From Deltaproteobacteria bacterium (GTDB lineage Bacteria > Myxococcota_A > Polyangia > Fen-1088), in contig JANRKS010000023.1 of the NCBI GenBank assembly GCA_033763315.1, forward strand, positions 1 to 64,000: a stretch of 64,000 nt of DNA, in the 5' to 3' direction. Of the stretch, positions 37,901-48,934 are shown piece by piece. A program made the position numbers and the translations under genes. The notes under the pieces were generated by a model. The model had not been told where the DNA came from and ran no database searches. It was given only the letters and a program-made list of their open reading frames with translations. Position 1 is the first letter of the stretch. The number at the start of each line of letters is the position of its first letter.

Positions 37901-38032
37901 GTCCGTGGGCCGCTCCAGCGTCCGGCTGGGAATCACCGCTGGCTCTTGACCGCAGTTGGCAAGCGCAACCAGGGCCGCTGCAGCGAACGCCGCCGCCTTC
38001 ACGGGAACACGAAGGAAATGGGGCCGGGTCAT
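34934..38032 (-). CDS. Large Cys-rich lipoprotein (1032 aa), beta-propeller-like N-terminal half
   Basis: Lipobox LANC; LPVGQLPEALSVSPDG propeller-like blade; CxxDxxC-like motifs at 35693-36034. Confidence 0.85.
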   Translation of the reverse strand: MTRPHFLRVPVKAAAFAAAALVALANCGQEPAVIPSRTLERPTDLSFVCMHASTVGGRPVVTATTMGVCTDPLPAGESRDATSEARTMGLMGVIANSARGELGAVDFDRNRMVDLDPAVPGYNMLPVGQLPEALSVSPDGCKTVTANRGSCDVSLVDNSRLFAGVFNNANAVTGPGSVSTRLAVLTDGGPLRSRPGEIAFLPGPTSAAATKSCQLTGSVGADGAVKPWRAVITFPSCGLVGLVEFPSGRLINSAYVKASGLEPAGTNPQCPVDCGAIDVAANPVVPDAGLPQEDAGAVAMGRLAVEALTFLPYVADATPEGGQTLYLGARDADTVLPVRATNDGRLVQARAPLRLAEQPAGVFRLRASVQPFAPTDRAFVGGGQGKFLYAVVGDGSVRVINLAPAEVGGLEVECDANIDTKALATGGLDPRCVPVGSGLPRTLRARGPGIQVPPLAAGPDLLPPHAVDVTFFEAKPAANADSTGSAYKGAYAYVLLSNSDILVVNVFTQQEVELTPGASALPFSHSLRNALSFVELDKGGKRPRVTNPPTASVGNSDLPFALRPNLSRDLIPRVEGYSTLPEGATERDKYCSPELPGVVYACFDRPEEVVPQTWAVVWEGTLPGAGRATGRLANRSMPNTVGVWEDVGAAFCASGVQAGDVIRLDGCGVDADCGDPDDFRCVPSVAGVSGLCTRKTDEAAFRQSVACQRLLKSRRRYEVAYAGPKELGLALKLQELPRPSVSTCTKNEDCAAGNTRFECLEPVAGQGARCVVPCMVDANCDAGFVCESAGDPARGLCVEAPLPDPLCMAETTAYEVQAGKSFLVRGTFTPSFATTVDVNGLCQPLASRNPRFANRIPLTAPHCANVPDPAPGVKLTSQLLRQSPAAEGVAGNPCLFVAPNFDETALTDPAIKGQLHVHALFENPEVRFVVTNLEQNFGDGATLQFTVRGGFRPDQIVTNIQPQIAVPAMFLTGPTFVPANKDDDKASPAVFPYVYMVDAGLLGSSQRGQILRIDTRRAAYDVSVSARPFQIR

Positions 38033-39471
38033 AGTTGAGCGCTCGTGCGAGGAAAGCCAATTCGTTGAATCACGCGGGCTTCGGTGGGGCTATTGACCCG
38101 CAAGTCAACCACCGACACGTTGTTGTCCACAAAGCCCGTGACGTAGGCGAGCGAAGGGTCGTTGTCGTCGAAGACCAACATTGACGGGCCGCGGCCCACG
38201 TCGATGTTCTCGGTGACGACCATCAGCTCAGGATCGACCACATAGATCTGGCCGGAATCAAAACATGTGACGAACAAACGCGGTCCACGTCCGTAATCGT
38301 GCAACAACAGTTGCGATGGGCCGGCACAGACGTCGATGGATTCGGCCGGCGCAAATTCGAGTCGGCCAACGTTGTTGGCAACCACCCGGGCTCGTGACAA
38401 GGCCGCCGGATTGCCTTGGGTGTTTCGGTAAAGGATGAACGCACGCTGGCGCTGAGGCTGATAGATGAGACCGCGGGTGTCGGCTCCCCGTGGCACGAAC
38501 GCCGTGGCCGCTGAAGGCGCCGCAGCCACCAAGGTGAGGTCTCGCGGGGCGGTCACGGAACAAGCCCCGGGCAAATTGGCGCCTTCGCGGAAGTAAAGCA
38601 CGCCGAGGTTCAGCCCTAACCGTGCCGTGGTGAAAACTGGCGACAACGGATCGCCTGGCACCGATGGTATGGCGGATGTGACACCAGAAGATTGGTTCGC
38701 CTCGTACGGAAAAAACAGCACGCCGGCCAGCCGGGGCGCGATGTTCACTTCGGCACCACAGGTATCCAACACCGAAATGCCCCCTTGCAAGTGGCCCACG
38801 TAGATGACCCCCAAGCCGGCATCGAGATGCAAATCGAAAGGCTCCTCGGGCAGGTCGGTGTCGAGGCCTTGCACGGTCCCCTTCTCCACCCTGAACGCCC
38901 CATCGCATTGCGGGTTCTTGCGGGCCGAGCCCGGTCCGCCGATGGCGCCGTTGCACGTAAGTTTCGCCTTGCCAGCCACGTCTGTGGCGTCCACGAAAGT
39001 GACCGACGGATCGGCACGAACGCCGAAGAACAGACGTTCAACGCTCTCGCCGTTGCGCACAAATCGTTGCACCACCGGCGCCGCGCCAAAACTGCCAATG
39101 CGCACGGTGGCCTCAGCTTCTGCGTAAGGCCTGTCGTCGCAGCTCAAAACGCGCGGATCCAGAAGATCGCGACAGCAAAAACGTTGTGTGGAAACTTTGG
39201 GTCGATAATCAACCGAGGGGCACAGCTGCCATTTCGCCGGATCGCGATCTTCGGTGGCCGCCTGCAGGTTGAAAGGCACCACGGTTCCCGTGCTGTAGCG
39301 GAGATCCGAATTCGAGTTCACCACCAGCAGGCGTTTGCCTTGGGCCACAACCGCGGCTCCTGAAGGCAAGAAGATGCGGTTCAGGGGGGCTTCCACACCA
39401 CTTTTGCCCCCGCCAAAATCGCAGGCAGCCAACGCCAACAAAGACAACAGCGTTGCCCGTTTGAAAGGCAT
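38029..39471 (-). CDS. YncE/YVTN-like beta-propeller lipoprotein
   Basis: Lipobox LAAC; IDVCAGPS, IDVGRGPS and AYVTGFVDNNVSVVDL; ATGA overlap with the next gene. Confidence 0.85.
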   Translation of the reverse strand: MPFKRATLLSLLALAACDFGGGKSGVEAPLNRIFLPSGAAVVAQGKRLLVVNSNSDLRYSTGTVVPFNLQAATEDRDPAKWQLCPSVDYRPKVSTQRFCCRDLLDPRVLSCDDRPYAEAEATVRIGSFGAAPVVQRFVRNGESVERLFFGVRADPSVTFVDATDVAGKAKLTCNGAIGGPGSARKNPQCDGAFRVEKGTVQGLDTDLPEEPFDLHLDAGLGVIYVGHLQGGISVLDTCGAEVNIAPRLAGVLFFPYEANQSSGVTSAIPSVPGDPLSPVFTTARLGLNLGVLYFREGANLPGACSVTAPRDLTLVAAAPSAATAFVPRGADTRGLIYQPQRQRAFILYRNTQGNPAALSRARVVANNVGRLEFAPAESIDVCAGPSQLLLHDYGRGPRLFVTCFDSGQIYVVDPELMVVTENIDVGRGPSMLVFDDNDPSLAYVTGFVDNNVSVVDLRVNSPTEARVIQRIGFPRTSAQL

Positions 39472-39612
39472 GGCGCTTGGGCGCGCAGTGCCCGCCGGGG
39501 CCAAGGCCGTCACGAATCGCCCCTTAATCTGGAAAGGCTCCCGCGAAGGTGGCGCGCCGTTCGTGTCGGTCCCTGTAAATGCATGGCGGCTCTAACAATC
39601 ACTCTATGTATG

Positions 39613-39641
39613 AAAACAAAAGCGGCCGAAGCCGCCTTGTT
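39613..39641 (-). terminator. Intrinsic terminator of ppdK
   Basis: Minus strand GCGGC-TTCG-GCCGC followed by TTTTGTTTT. Confidence 0.85.
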
Positions 39642-39650
39642 GGAGAACCC

Positions 39651-39682
39651 CAAGATGAGGCGGAATATTCCGTCTCATCTTG
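39651..39682. repeat. 32-bp near-perfect palindrome
   Basis: CAAGATGAGGCGGAAT-ATTCCGTCTCATCTTG, one G/T mismatch. Confidence 0.9.
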
Positions 39683-39728
39683 AGTTATAGGGTACGGAGC
39701 AAGAGCTTGCGCCCCTGCCCCGTGCTTC

Positions 39729-42749
<3,021 letters not shown>

Positions 42750-42866
42750 CGCGCGCGCATTCTTATCAGGACAGGGCCGCGAAGAAAAGCGGAACGGTGT
42801 AGGAACGTTCGTCTTTTCTTCGTCTTTCTTTGCGGCCCTGCGCCCGCGAGCACACGCAAGTGGCAA

Positions 42867-44495
42867 TCAGCGCATGCGCGACAACAGCGAGAACGCGAGG
42901 TTTGCCACAGGAACGCGCTCTTGCTGCATTGTGTCGCGATCGCGAATTGTGACCGTTTGGTCTGTCAGGGACTGGTGATCAACGGTCAAACACCAAGGGG
43001 TGCCGATCTCGTCTTGCCGTCGGTAAAGCTTGCCGATGGCGCCGGTGTCGTCGTAGATCGCGCGCAAACCTGCGCCCTGCAGATCCTTGCGTAGGCCGCG
43101 GGCCATATCCACAAGTTCTGGCTTGTTCTTAAGCAAAGGGAACACGGCCACGGACACAGGCGCGAGGCGGGGGTGCAAATGCAGCACCGTGCGTGCGTAT
43201 TCTTCACCCACCTTCGTGATCTGGCCCTTGAGCTTCTTCATGACCTCGATGCTTTGGGCATCGGCGTCACCGGCAAGACCCGTAAGCGCCGCAAAGTTGC
43301 TGACCACGTCCGAAGCGACATCATTGGCCTGCGCCACCAAACGGTCGCGAATGGCGCTGTCCATCTTGTCGCGCTTGGCAACGGACTTGGCAAAACTTTC
43401 CACGCCTGATTTCAATTGCTCGATCGCCTCGGGCGGCAACTGTTTAACCAACGCCTCTTCGTAAGCGTCACACAAGAACGCCAACGTGGCGCGATCGGCA
43501 CCTGCCGAGGGCTCGATGACATAGGGCACGATGTGTTGCTTGGATTCGGGATCGAAATAGGTCAGCTCGCCCAAAGCGTCGGGGTTCTTATCGGACCGAC
43601 TGTGCGCCTTCAGATCGTAGTCTGTGCGGTTGGCAATGCCTTCCAACTCGCTCCAGCCCATGGGAAAGCGGTATTCGAGATCCACGCAGCCCTTGGCATA
43701 GTGGGCCAGCTCGTCGCGCCCCTGCTCTCTTGCCCGCAAGCGATCACGCGAAAGTCCCAGCTTCAGGTACCAGCTCTGGCGCTCTTCGATCCACATGCGG
43801 AACGCGGCCTCGTCCTCGCCGGGGCGCACGAAGTATTCGATCTCCATTTGCTCGAATTCGCGCGTGCGGAAGGTGAAGTTGCCGGGCGTGATTTCGTTGC
43901 GGAACGCTTTGCCCACCTGAGCCACGCCAAACGGCAACTTGCGGCGCATGGTGTCCATGACGTTGCCGAAGTTCACGAAGATGCCTTGCGCTGTCTCGGG
44001 GCGCAGATACGCGAGGCCACTCTCGTCATCAGCCGCAGCGCCCACGGTGGTGCGAAACATCAAGTTGAACGGACGTGCCGTTGTGAGATCCTTGCCGCCA
44101 CACTTCGGGCACGCCAGTTCCTTCGCCTCGATGGCCGCGTTGATCTCGGGCAGACCATTTGGGATGCGCCCCTTCGCGGTTTCGAACAAGTGATCTGCAC
44201 GCGGGCGCGCCTTGCAGGTGCGGCAATCCGTCATCGGATCGGAAAACGTGGCCTCGTGGCCCGAATACTTCCAAACCAGGCGATTCATCAAGATCGCGGC
44301 GTCCAAGCCTTCCATGTCATCGCGGTCATGAACCACGGCTTTCCACCAAGCGCGCTTGACGTTGTTCTTCAATTCCACGCCCAAAGGACCGTAGTCCCAC
44401 GTGCTGGCGAGACCGCCATAAACGGAGGACGACGGGAAAACGAACCCGCGGCGCTTGGCAAGGCTGACGATTTGATCTAGGGATGCGGCAGACAT
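42867..44495 (-). CDS. glyQS: Glycine--tRNA ligase, alpha2 type, with an insertion
   Basis: DYGPLGVELKNN, LRPETAQGIF, FRNEITPGNFTFRTREFEQME, IGKLYRRQDEIGTP. Confidence 0.97.
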   Translation of the reverse strand: MSAASLDQIVSLAKRRGFVFPSSSVYGGLASTWDYGPLGVELKNNVKRAWWKAVVHDRDDMEGLDAAILMNRLVWKYSGHEATFSDPMTDCRTCKARPRADHLFETAKGRIPNGLPEINAAIEAKELACPKCGGKDLTTARPFNLMFRTTVGAAADDESGLAYLRPETAQGIFVNFGNVMDTMRRKLPFGVAQVGKAFRNEITPGNFTFRTREFEQMEIEYFVRPGEDEAAFRMWIEERQSWYLKLGLSRDRLRAREQGRDELAHYAKGCVDLEYRFPMGWSELEGIANRTDYDLKAHSRSDKNPDALGELTYFDPESKQHIVPYVIEPSAGADRATLAFLCDAYEEALVKQLPPEAIEQLKSGVESFAKSVAKRDKMDSAIRDRLVAQANDVASDVVSNFAALTGLAGDADAQSIEVMKKLKGQITKVGEEYARTVLHLHPRLAPVSVAVFPLLKNKPELVDMARGLRKDLQGAGLRAIYDDTGAIGKLYRRQDEIGTPWCLTVDHQSLTDQTVTIRDRDTMQQERVPVANLAFSLLSRMR

Positions 44496-44549
44496 GGGCC
44501 GCGCAATTTAGCACGTTCCCTGCGCGCCGCTGCTCGGGGCTTACGCTTG

Positions 44550-44945
44550 TTATGGTGACGAAATCGGCGCGTGGTGGATGATCTGCACGAGCGCCCCACC
44601 CGGCTCGCGAAAGTAAAACGACCGCGCGCCGTCACGGTGGGTGCGCGGCTCAGTCTGCAAAGCGATGCCGTGGCCACGCAGGCGTTCGGCCCACGCATCC
44701 ACATCACCCGGCGCCGGAACCGCGAGTCCCACATGGTCAAGCCGTTCCAGGCCCTTGTCGACGGCGCGTCGATGCAACGCCAAGTTGTCGCGCCCGCAGG
44801 TCAGATACACGTTGTCGGCATCAGGGCGCCATTCCACCGCGTAGCCCATGATGTCGACCCAAAACCGCTCGGCGGCGTCGAGTTCGGGTGTGAACAGGGC
44901 CACGTGGCGAATGCCAAGCAAGGGGGGGCGTGATGCGGTGGTCAT
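44550..44945 (-). CDS. VOC/glyoxalase family protein
   Basis: GIRHVAL, LDHVGLAV, HRDGARSFYF; ATGA overlap with the recO stop. Confidence 0.92.
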   Translation of the reverse strand: MTTASRPPLLGIRHVALFTPELDAAERFWVDIMGYAVEWRPDADNVYLTCGRDNLALHRRAVDKGLERLDHVGLAVPAPGDVDAWAERLRGHGIALQTEPRTHRDGARSFYFREPGGALVQIIHHAPISSP

Positions 44946-45724
44946 GGCAGAGGTTCCTCTGTTTGGGGCGATGCGGACGCGGCTCGGGCCATTTTCGAGA
45001 GGAAGATCATCGATTTGAGCGGCCCGCCCACGTGGTGTTCGATGAACGGCATAACAATTCCGCGACACGCGCGGGTGATCAGAGGCGACAAACACAGCAC
45101 GCTTACCTCCGCCAAGTCGGCACTGGCCAACGTCCGCAACGCCTTTATGACCTCGCCCGTCACAACCAAGCCACGGCTCCCGCACTCGGGACAAAGCAAT
45201 AGGCCCGACTCCGGCACCCAACGGCCACCCCTTGAAAGAAGGTCGGTTCGGCCGCAGGCGCCGCACCGATCAAAGGGAGGCGCCAGCCCGAGCCTTTCGA
45301 GGAGGCCTAGCTCAAAACAGCGCAGCCGTTCGGCCGACGGCGGCGCGCGTTCGAGCAAGTCAAGCATTGTGTCCAGCCAGTGAAAAACCTCGCTGTCGCC
45401 ACCGTGCCCTTGCACCAAACGCTCGACCAACTCACACGCATAGGCCGCATGCGCGGCTTTGACCAAATCGGCTCCGAGATCCGTGCGAGGTTTCGTCACC
45501 TCGAAACTTTCTAACGACCAAAGATCACCGCCGCGCTCGCGTAAAGTCACATTGCCGAGGGCCGCGGTGCCAACACCCGAAAAACGTCGCACGCTCTTGC
45601 GGGCGCCTCGGGCCAAAGCAGAGATCTTACCCACGTCGCGCGCGAGCAACGTCACCACGCGATCGGCCTCTTGGAAGTTCACCGTCCGAAGAACCAAAGC
45701 TTCGGTCTGCACCAGAGGCAACAT
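44942..45724 (-). CDS. recO: DNA repair protein RecO
   Basis: ALVLRTVNFQEADRVVTLL, ARGARKSVRRF, CxxC...CxxC zinc finger. Confidence 0.95.
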   Translation of the reverse strand: MLPLVQTEALVLRTVNFQEADRVVTLLARDVGKISALARGARKSVRRFSGVGTAALGNVTLRERGGDLWSLESFEVTKPRTDLGADLVKAAHAAYACELVERLVQGHGGDSEVFHWLDTMLDLLERAPPSAERLRCFELGLLERLGLAPPFDRCGACGRTDLLSRGGRWVPESGLLLCPECGSRGLVVTGEVIKALRTLASADLAEVSVLCLSPLITRACRGIVMPFIEHHVGGPLKSMIFLSKMARAASASPQTEEPLP

Positions 45725-45759
45725 GGGCCGAGCATAGCGCAGCCGACTGGGATGCGGCT

Positions 45760-46278
45760 TTAACCGAGCGGGAGCCAGCGGGCGATGGCCGCCGCCACGG
45801 GGGCGGCGGTGTGTTCCAGCTGGCTCAAGCCTTCTCCCGGAGGGGGCGGCTGTTGCAACAGATATGACAGCGCCACGATCGAGATCACCAGCACCACCAC
45901 CACAAATATCGCCAGCCCCACAGGCTTGCGCGCGATCTCAGGTTCGGCGGGCGGCCCATCTACGGGCAAAAGCTCGTGAGTGGCGCCCGTGACCACAACC
46001 GCCAGGTCGTCTTCTATGCGCCGGCGGGATGCCAGTTCAGCATCCAGCAAACCCAGGGGCTCCGCTTCCGGAACGCCTATGGCCCGCGCGTAGGAACGGA
46101 CAAAACCGCGAACAAAAATCTCGGGGGGCAGTTCAGACCAGCACGCCCGTTCGAGCGCCTGCAAACACGACTGAGAAACCTTGATCGATTCAGACACCGA
46201 AGCGAGCGATATCTCTTTCCGCTCGCGCGCTTCGCGCAGAAGGGTTCCGAAGTGTTTGTCTGTCCCAAGTTCGGTCAT
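45760..46278 (-). CDS. RodZ-like HTH_25 membrane protein (short)
   Basis: FGTLLREARE...LPPEIFVRGFVRSYA followed by a TM helix. Confidence 0.88.
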   Translation of the reverse strand: MTELGTDKHFGTLLREARERKEISLASVSESIKVSQSCLQALERACWSELPPEIFVRGFVRSYARAIGVPEAEPLGLLDAELASRRRIEDDLAVVVTGATHELLPVDGPPAEPEIARKPVGLAIFVVVVLVISIVALSYLLQQPPPPGEGLSQLEHTAAPVAAAIARWLPLG

Positions 46279-46285
46279 TGCTGCA

Positions 46286-47128
46286 TCATCTCGGCTGAAT
46301 CATCTCGGCGTAGCGTCGGCATTCACCCGCCACACAGCTCTTCGCACCCAAGCTGGTGCAGCGTGCGAACATATCGAGCGCGCGGTCGCGGTCGTTGCGC
46401 TTCTCAGCCACCATGCCGGCCAACAGGAACGCCTCTTGAATGGGGCACTTTGCATCCGCCGTCACCGCTGCAAGGTGCTCGTCGGCAAGTTCCATTTGGC
46501 CGCGATCCACCAGCACCTTGGCCAGCCGGTAACGACCCACGCAAAAACCGGGTTGCCGTGACACGGCGTCCTGCAGTTCGCGCCACGCCTTCTGCAGATC
46601 GTGCTTCTTATAGTAGGCCCACCCTAGGTTGCCGCGTGCGACGTGCGGCGCTCCGTAAGTGCCCACTTTGAGGGCCGCCGTGGACGCCTCGATGGCTGCA
46701 TCCCACTCCTGCAGGTTCAGCTCGGTCACCGAAAGGTTGTTCCAAGCCTCGGCGAAATCAGGTCGTATCGAGGTGGCTTTGGCGAACGAATTCCGTGCGT
46801 CACGAAAACGCTTAGAGGCATCAAGGCGCACCATCTCGGCGTCGTTGCCCCGAACGCAGGACAGCGTCTCGACTTGGGCTTCGTATTCAGCGCCTTGGCG
46901 CAACGCGATAATACCGAGCATATTGTGCGCGTCGGCATTATCAGGGTCAGCCTTTAGTGCTTGTTCCAATTCTCCCACGGCCGCTTCCATGCGGTTTGCC
47001 TCGTACGAACTGACCGCGACCTGGAAAAGTTTGTACGACTGGTCCGCGTCCTTTTTCGGACGTGAAGCACAAGCCAGCCCTGAAGTGAGGGCGCTGGTGA
47101 TCGCCAGTGTTGCCAAAATCTTTCCCAA
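46286..47128 (-). CDS. tgl: TPR lipoprotein, Tgl/PilF pilotin-like
   Basis: Lipobox GLAC, tandem TPRs (AHNMLG, AWNNLS, ARGNLG), several Cys; adjacent to HTH and recO as recalled for myxobacterial tgl loci. TTG start approximate. Confidence 0.7.
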   Translation of the reverse strand: MGKILATLAITSALTSGLACASRPKKDADQSYKLFQVAVSSYEANRMEAAVGELEQALKADPDNADAHNMLGIIALRQGAEYEAQVETLSCVRGNDAEMVRLDASKRFRDARNSFAKATSIRPDFAEAWNNLSVTELNLQEWDAAIEASTAALKVGTYGAPHVARGNLGWAYYKKHDLQKAWRELQDAVSRQPGFCVGRYRLAKVLVDRGQMELADEHLAAVTADAKCPIQEAFLLAGMVAEKRNDRDRALDMFARCTSLGAKSCVAGECRRYAEMIQPR

Positions 47129-47186
47129 GCTCCCTTCCCGTTTCCCGAGAGTTCTTAAGGGGTTACGGTTAATTACAGCGGGCGCG

Positions 47187-47215
47187 ACGCTAACAGGACG
47201 GGGCAATTGCGTCAA
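47187..47215 (-). promoter_or_regulatory. sigma70-type promoter upstream of the TPR lipoprotein
   Basis: TTGACG-17 nt-TAGCGT with an extended TG. Confidence 0.55.
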
Positions 47216-47340
47216 TCCAAAAATTTGACCTTCGGCGCGTTTTGTGACGCTTCGAAACCGTCCGGTCCGTAACAACCGTGTGACGTTTCCAGCAAAGCGA
47301 CGCATCGTAAATATGACCAAACTTCTACGCGCGGCGAACG

Positions 47341-47976
47341 TCATACGCCCTGGGCGTCGGCGCCCCAGATGTACTTGTGCAGCTGCAGGTTGAGCCGCAC
47401 GTCCAGGCGGTCGCGCAGCATCCACTGCACCAGCTCGCGGGGATCCACCTGCCCATGCACGGGGGCAAGCAAGACTTGCGTCTTCTTCGTGAGGTCCTTG
47501 GCCAAAATGAGGTCCTTGGCCCACACATAGTCAGCCTCGCTGCCCAAGACAAACTTGATAGCGTCCTTAGGGCCCAGCGGATCAAGGGCCCGGGGGTGCA
47601 TTCGGTGCGCCTCCCCGGAAGTGGGGGTTTTGACGTCGACGATTTTCGCCACGGCGGCCGGCAAAGCATCCACGGGATGCGCCCCACCCGTCTCAATCAT
47701 CACCTGGAACCCCTCGGCCAGGAGCAGTTCTGATAGCGCGATGATTTCACGTTGAAGCATTGGTTCACCGCCCGTCAGCAAAACCAAGCGGGGGCCCAGC
47801 CGTTTCGCTTCGGCCAAGATCTCTTCGAGCGACATGTCCTTGCCGCCATAAAACGAATAAGCGGTGTCACAGTACGTGCATCGCAGGTCGCAACCGGTTG
47901 TACGAATCAACGTACAGGGAAGCCCAGCGTATTGCGTCTCGCCTTGGACGCTGGCGTAGATCTCCGTGATGCGCAT
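47341..47976 (-). CDS. queE: 7-carboxy-7-deazaguanine synthase-like radical SAM protein
   Basis: EIYASVQGE, CDLRCTYCD, TGGEP, QLHKYIW. Confidence 0.9.
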   Translation of the reverse strand: MRITEIYASVQGETQYAGLPCTLIRTTGCDLRCTYCDTAYSFYGGKDMSLEEILAEAKRLGPRLVLLTGGEPMLQREIIALSELLLAEGFQVMIETGGAHPVDALPAAVAKIVDVKTPTSGEAHRMHPRALDPLGPKDAIKFVLGSEADYVWAKDLILAKDLTKKTQVLLAPVHGQVDPRELVQWMLRDRLDVRLNLQLHKYIWGADAQGV

Positions 47977-48103
47977 ACTCGGCCGCACCTTATAGCATCG
48001 TTTCGGCATCGAACAGGGCGCGCGCGTCCGCCCTTCGAACAAACGAAATCAACCGCAGCGCCCGCGAGCCCTTACAACTTTCAGGCGATATACTTGGAGC
48101 ACC

Positions 48104-48934
48104 GTGAATCACCTCATCGCTTACATCGGTAACGAGCCCGAGCTGTTGTCGTGTGCACTTTTTCAAGCCCGCCCCGCTCTGTATTGGAAGGACCCAAGCC
48201 ACCCAGACGGTTGGGGCATGGGCTTCGTGCAAGGTGAAGAAGTTCTGTTGCAGAAGCGGCCCCGCCCTGAGGTGGCCGAGGTGGACTTTTATGCCTTAAC
48301 CAAAGATCTACGGGCGGACGCCCTTGTGGGCCGCGTGGGTCTGGACGACGGCGGCAGCGTGGCGGCTGAAAACAGCGATCCTTTCCGCTTTCGATCTTGG
48401 TTGTTCGGCGCCATCGGCCACATCGAGGGCTTTGAGGCTGTCCGTGAGCGGCTCCTGCAAAGTGTGCCCGAGTTCTTGCGCCGCAACATCCGCGGCCGTT
48501 CTGCAGATGAACATCTGTTTCATTTGTTCTTGGCGTTCCTTCACGACGCCGGCCTGCTTGACGTCCGCGCGCCTGAGGGCGTGCCGGTGCAGTTCGCGTT
48601 GCACCAAAGCGTGGGCTTTCTCGATAAGTTGCTGGCAGCGGACTTGGCCAAGCTTGCCTTGGTGGTCACAAACGGCCGCAGCTTGGTGGCGGAAACACGC
48701 GGCGTTCAGATGCAATACCTTGAAGTGGCAGGCATCGCAGATTGTTCCAACCCCGCGTGTCCCAAACGGCGTGGGTATGGCGACAAGGCCCACCGCGTGG
48801 CACACCCCGAAGTGCGCGCCGTGGTGATCGAAGCCGACGAAAAACTTACCCCACGCTCGGGTTGGGCTGTGGTGCCCGATGGTCACTCTTTGATCGTGGG
48901 GCTCGATCGCGTCGTGTCGGTTAAGGCAAATTAA
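48104..48934 (+). CDS. Class II glutamine amidotransferase-like protein lacking the N-terminal Cys
   Basis: DGWGMGF, ENSDPFRFRSWLF and EHLFHLFL; the N-terminus reads MNHLIAY. Confidence 0.85.
   Translation: MNHLIAYIGNEPELLSCALFQARPALYWKDPSHPDGWGMGFVQGEEVLLQKRPRPEVAEVDFYALTKDLRADALVGRVGLDDGGSVAAENSDPFRFRSWLFGAIGHIEGFEAVRERLLQSVPEFLRRNIRGRSADEHLFHLFLAFLHDAGLLDVRAPEGVPVQFALHQSVGFLDKLLAADLAKLALVVTNGRSLVAETRGVQMQYLEVAGIADCSNPACPKRRGYGDKAHRVAHPEVRAVVIEADEKLTPRSGWAVVPDGHSLIVGLDRVVSVKAN

Noticed and set aside
47341-47976. queE as part of a deazaguanine DNA-modification (dpd) defence island
   Set aside because: No dpdA/tgt-like, queC or queD genes are nearby, and the context is housekeeping.
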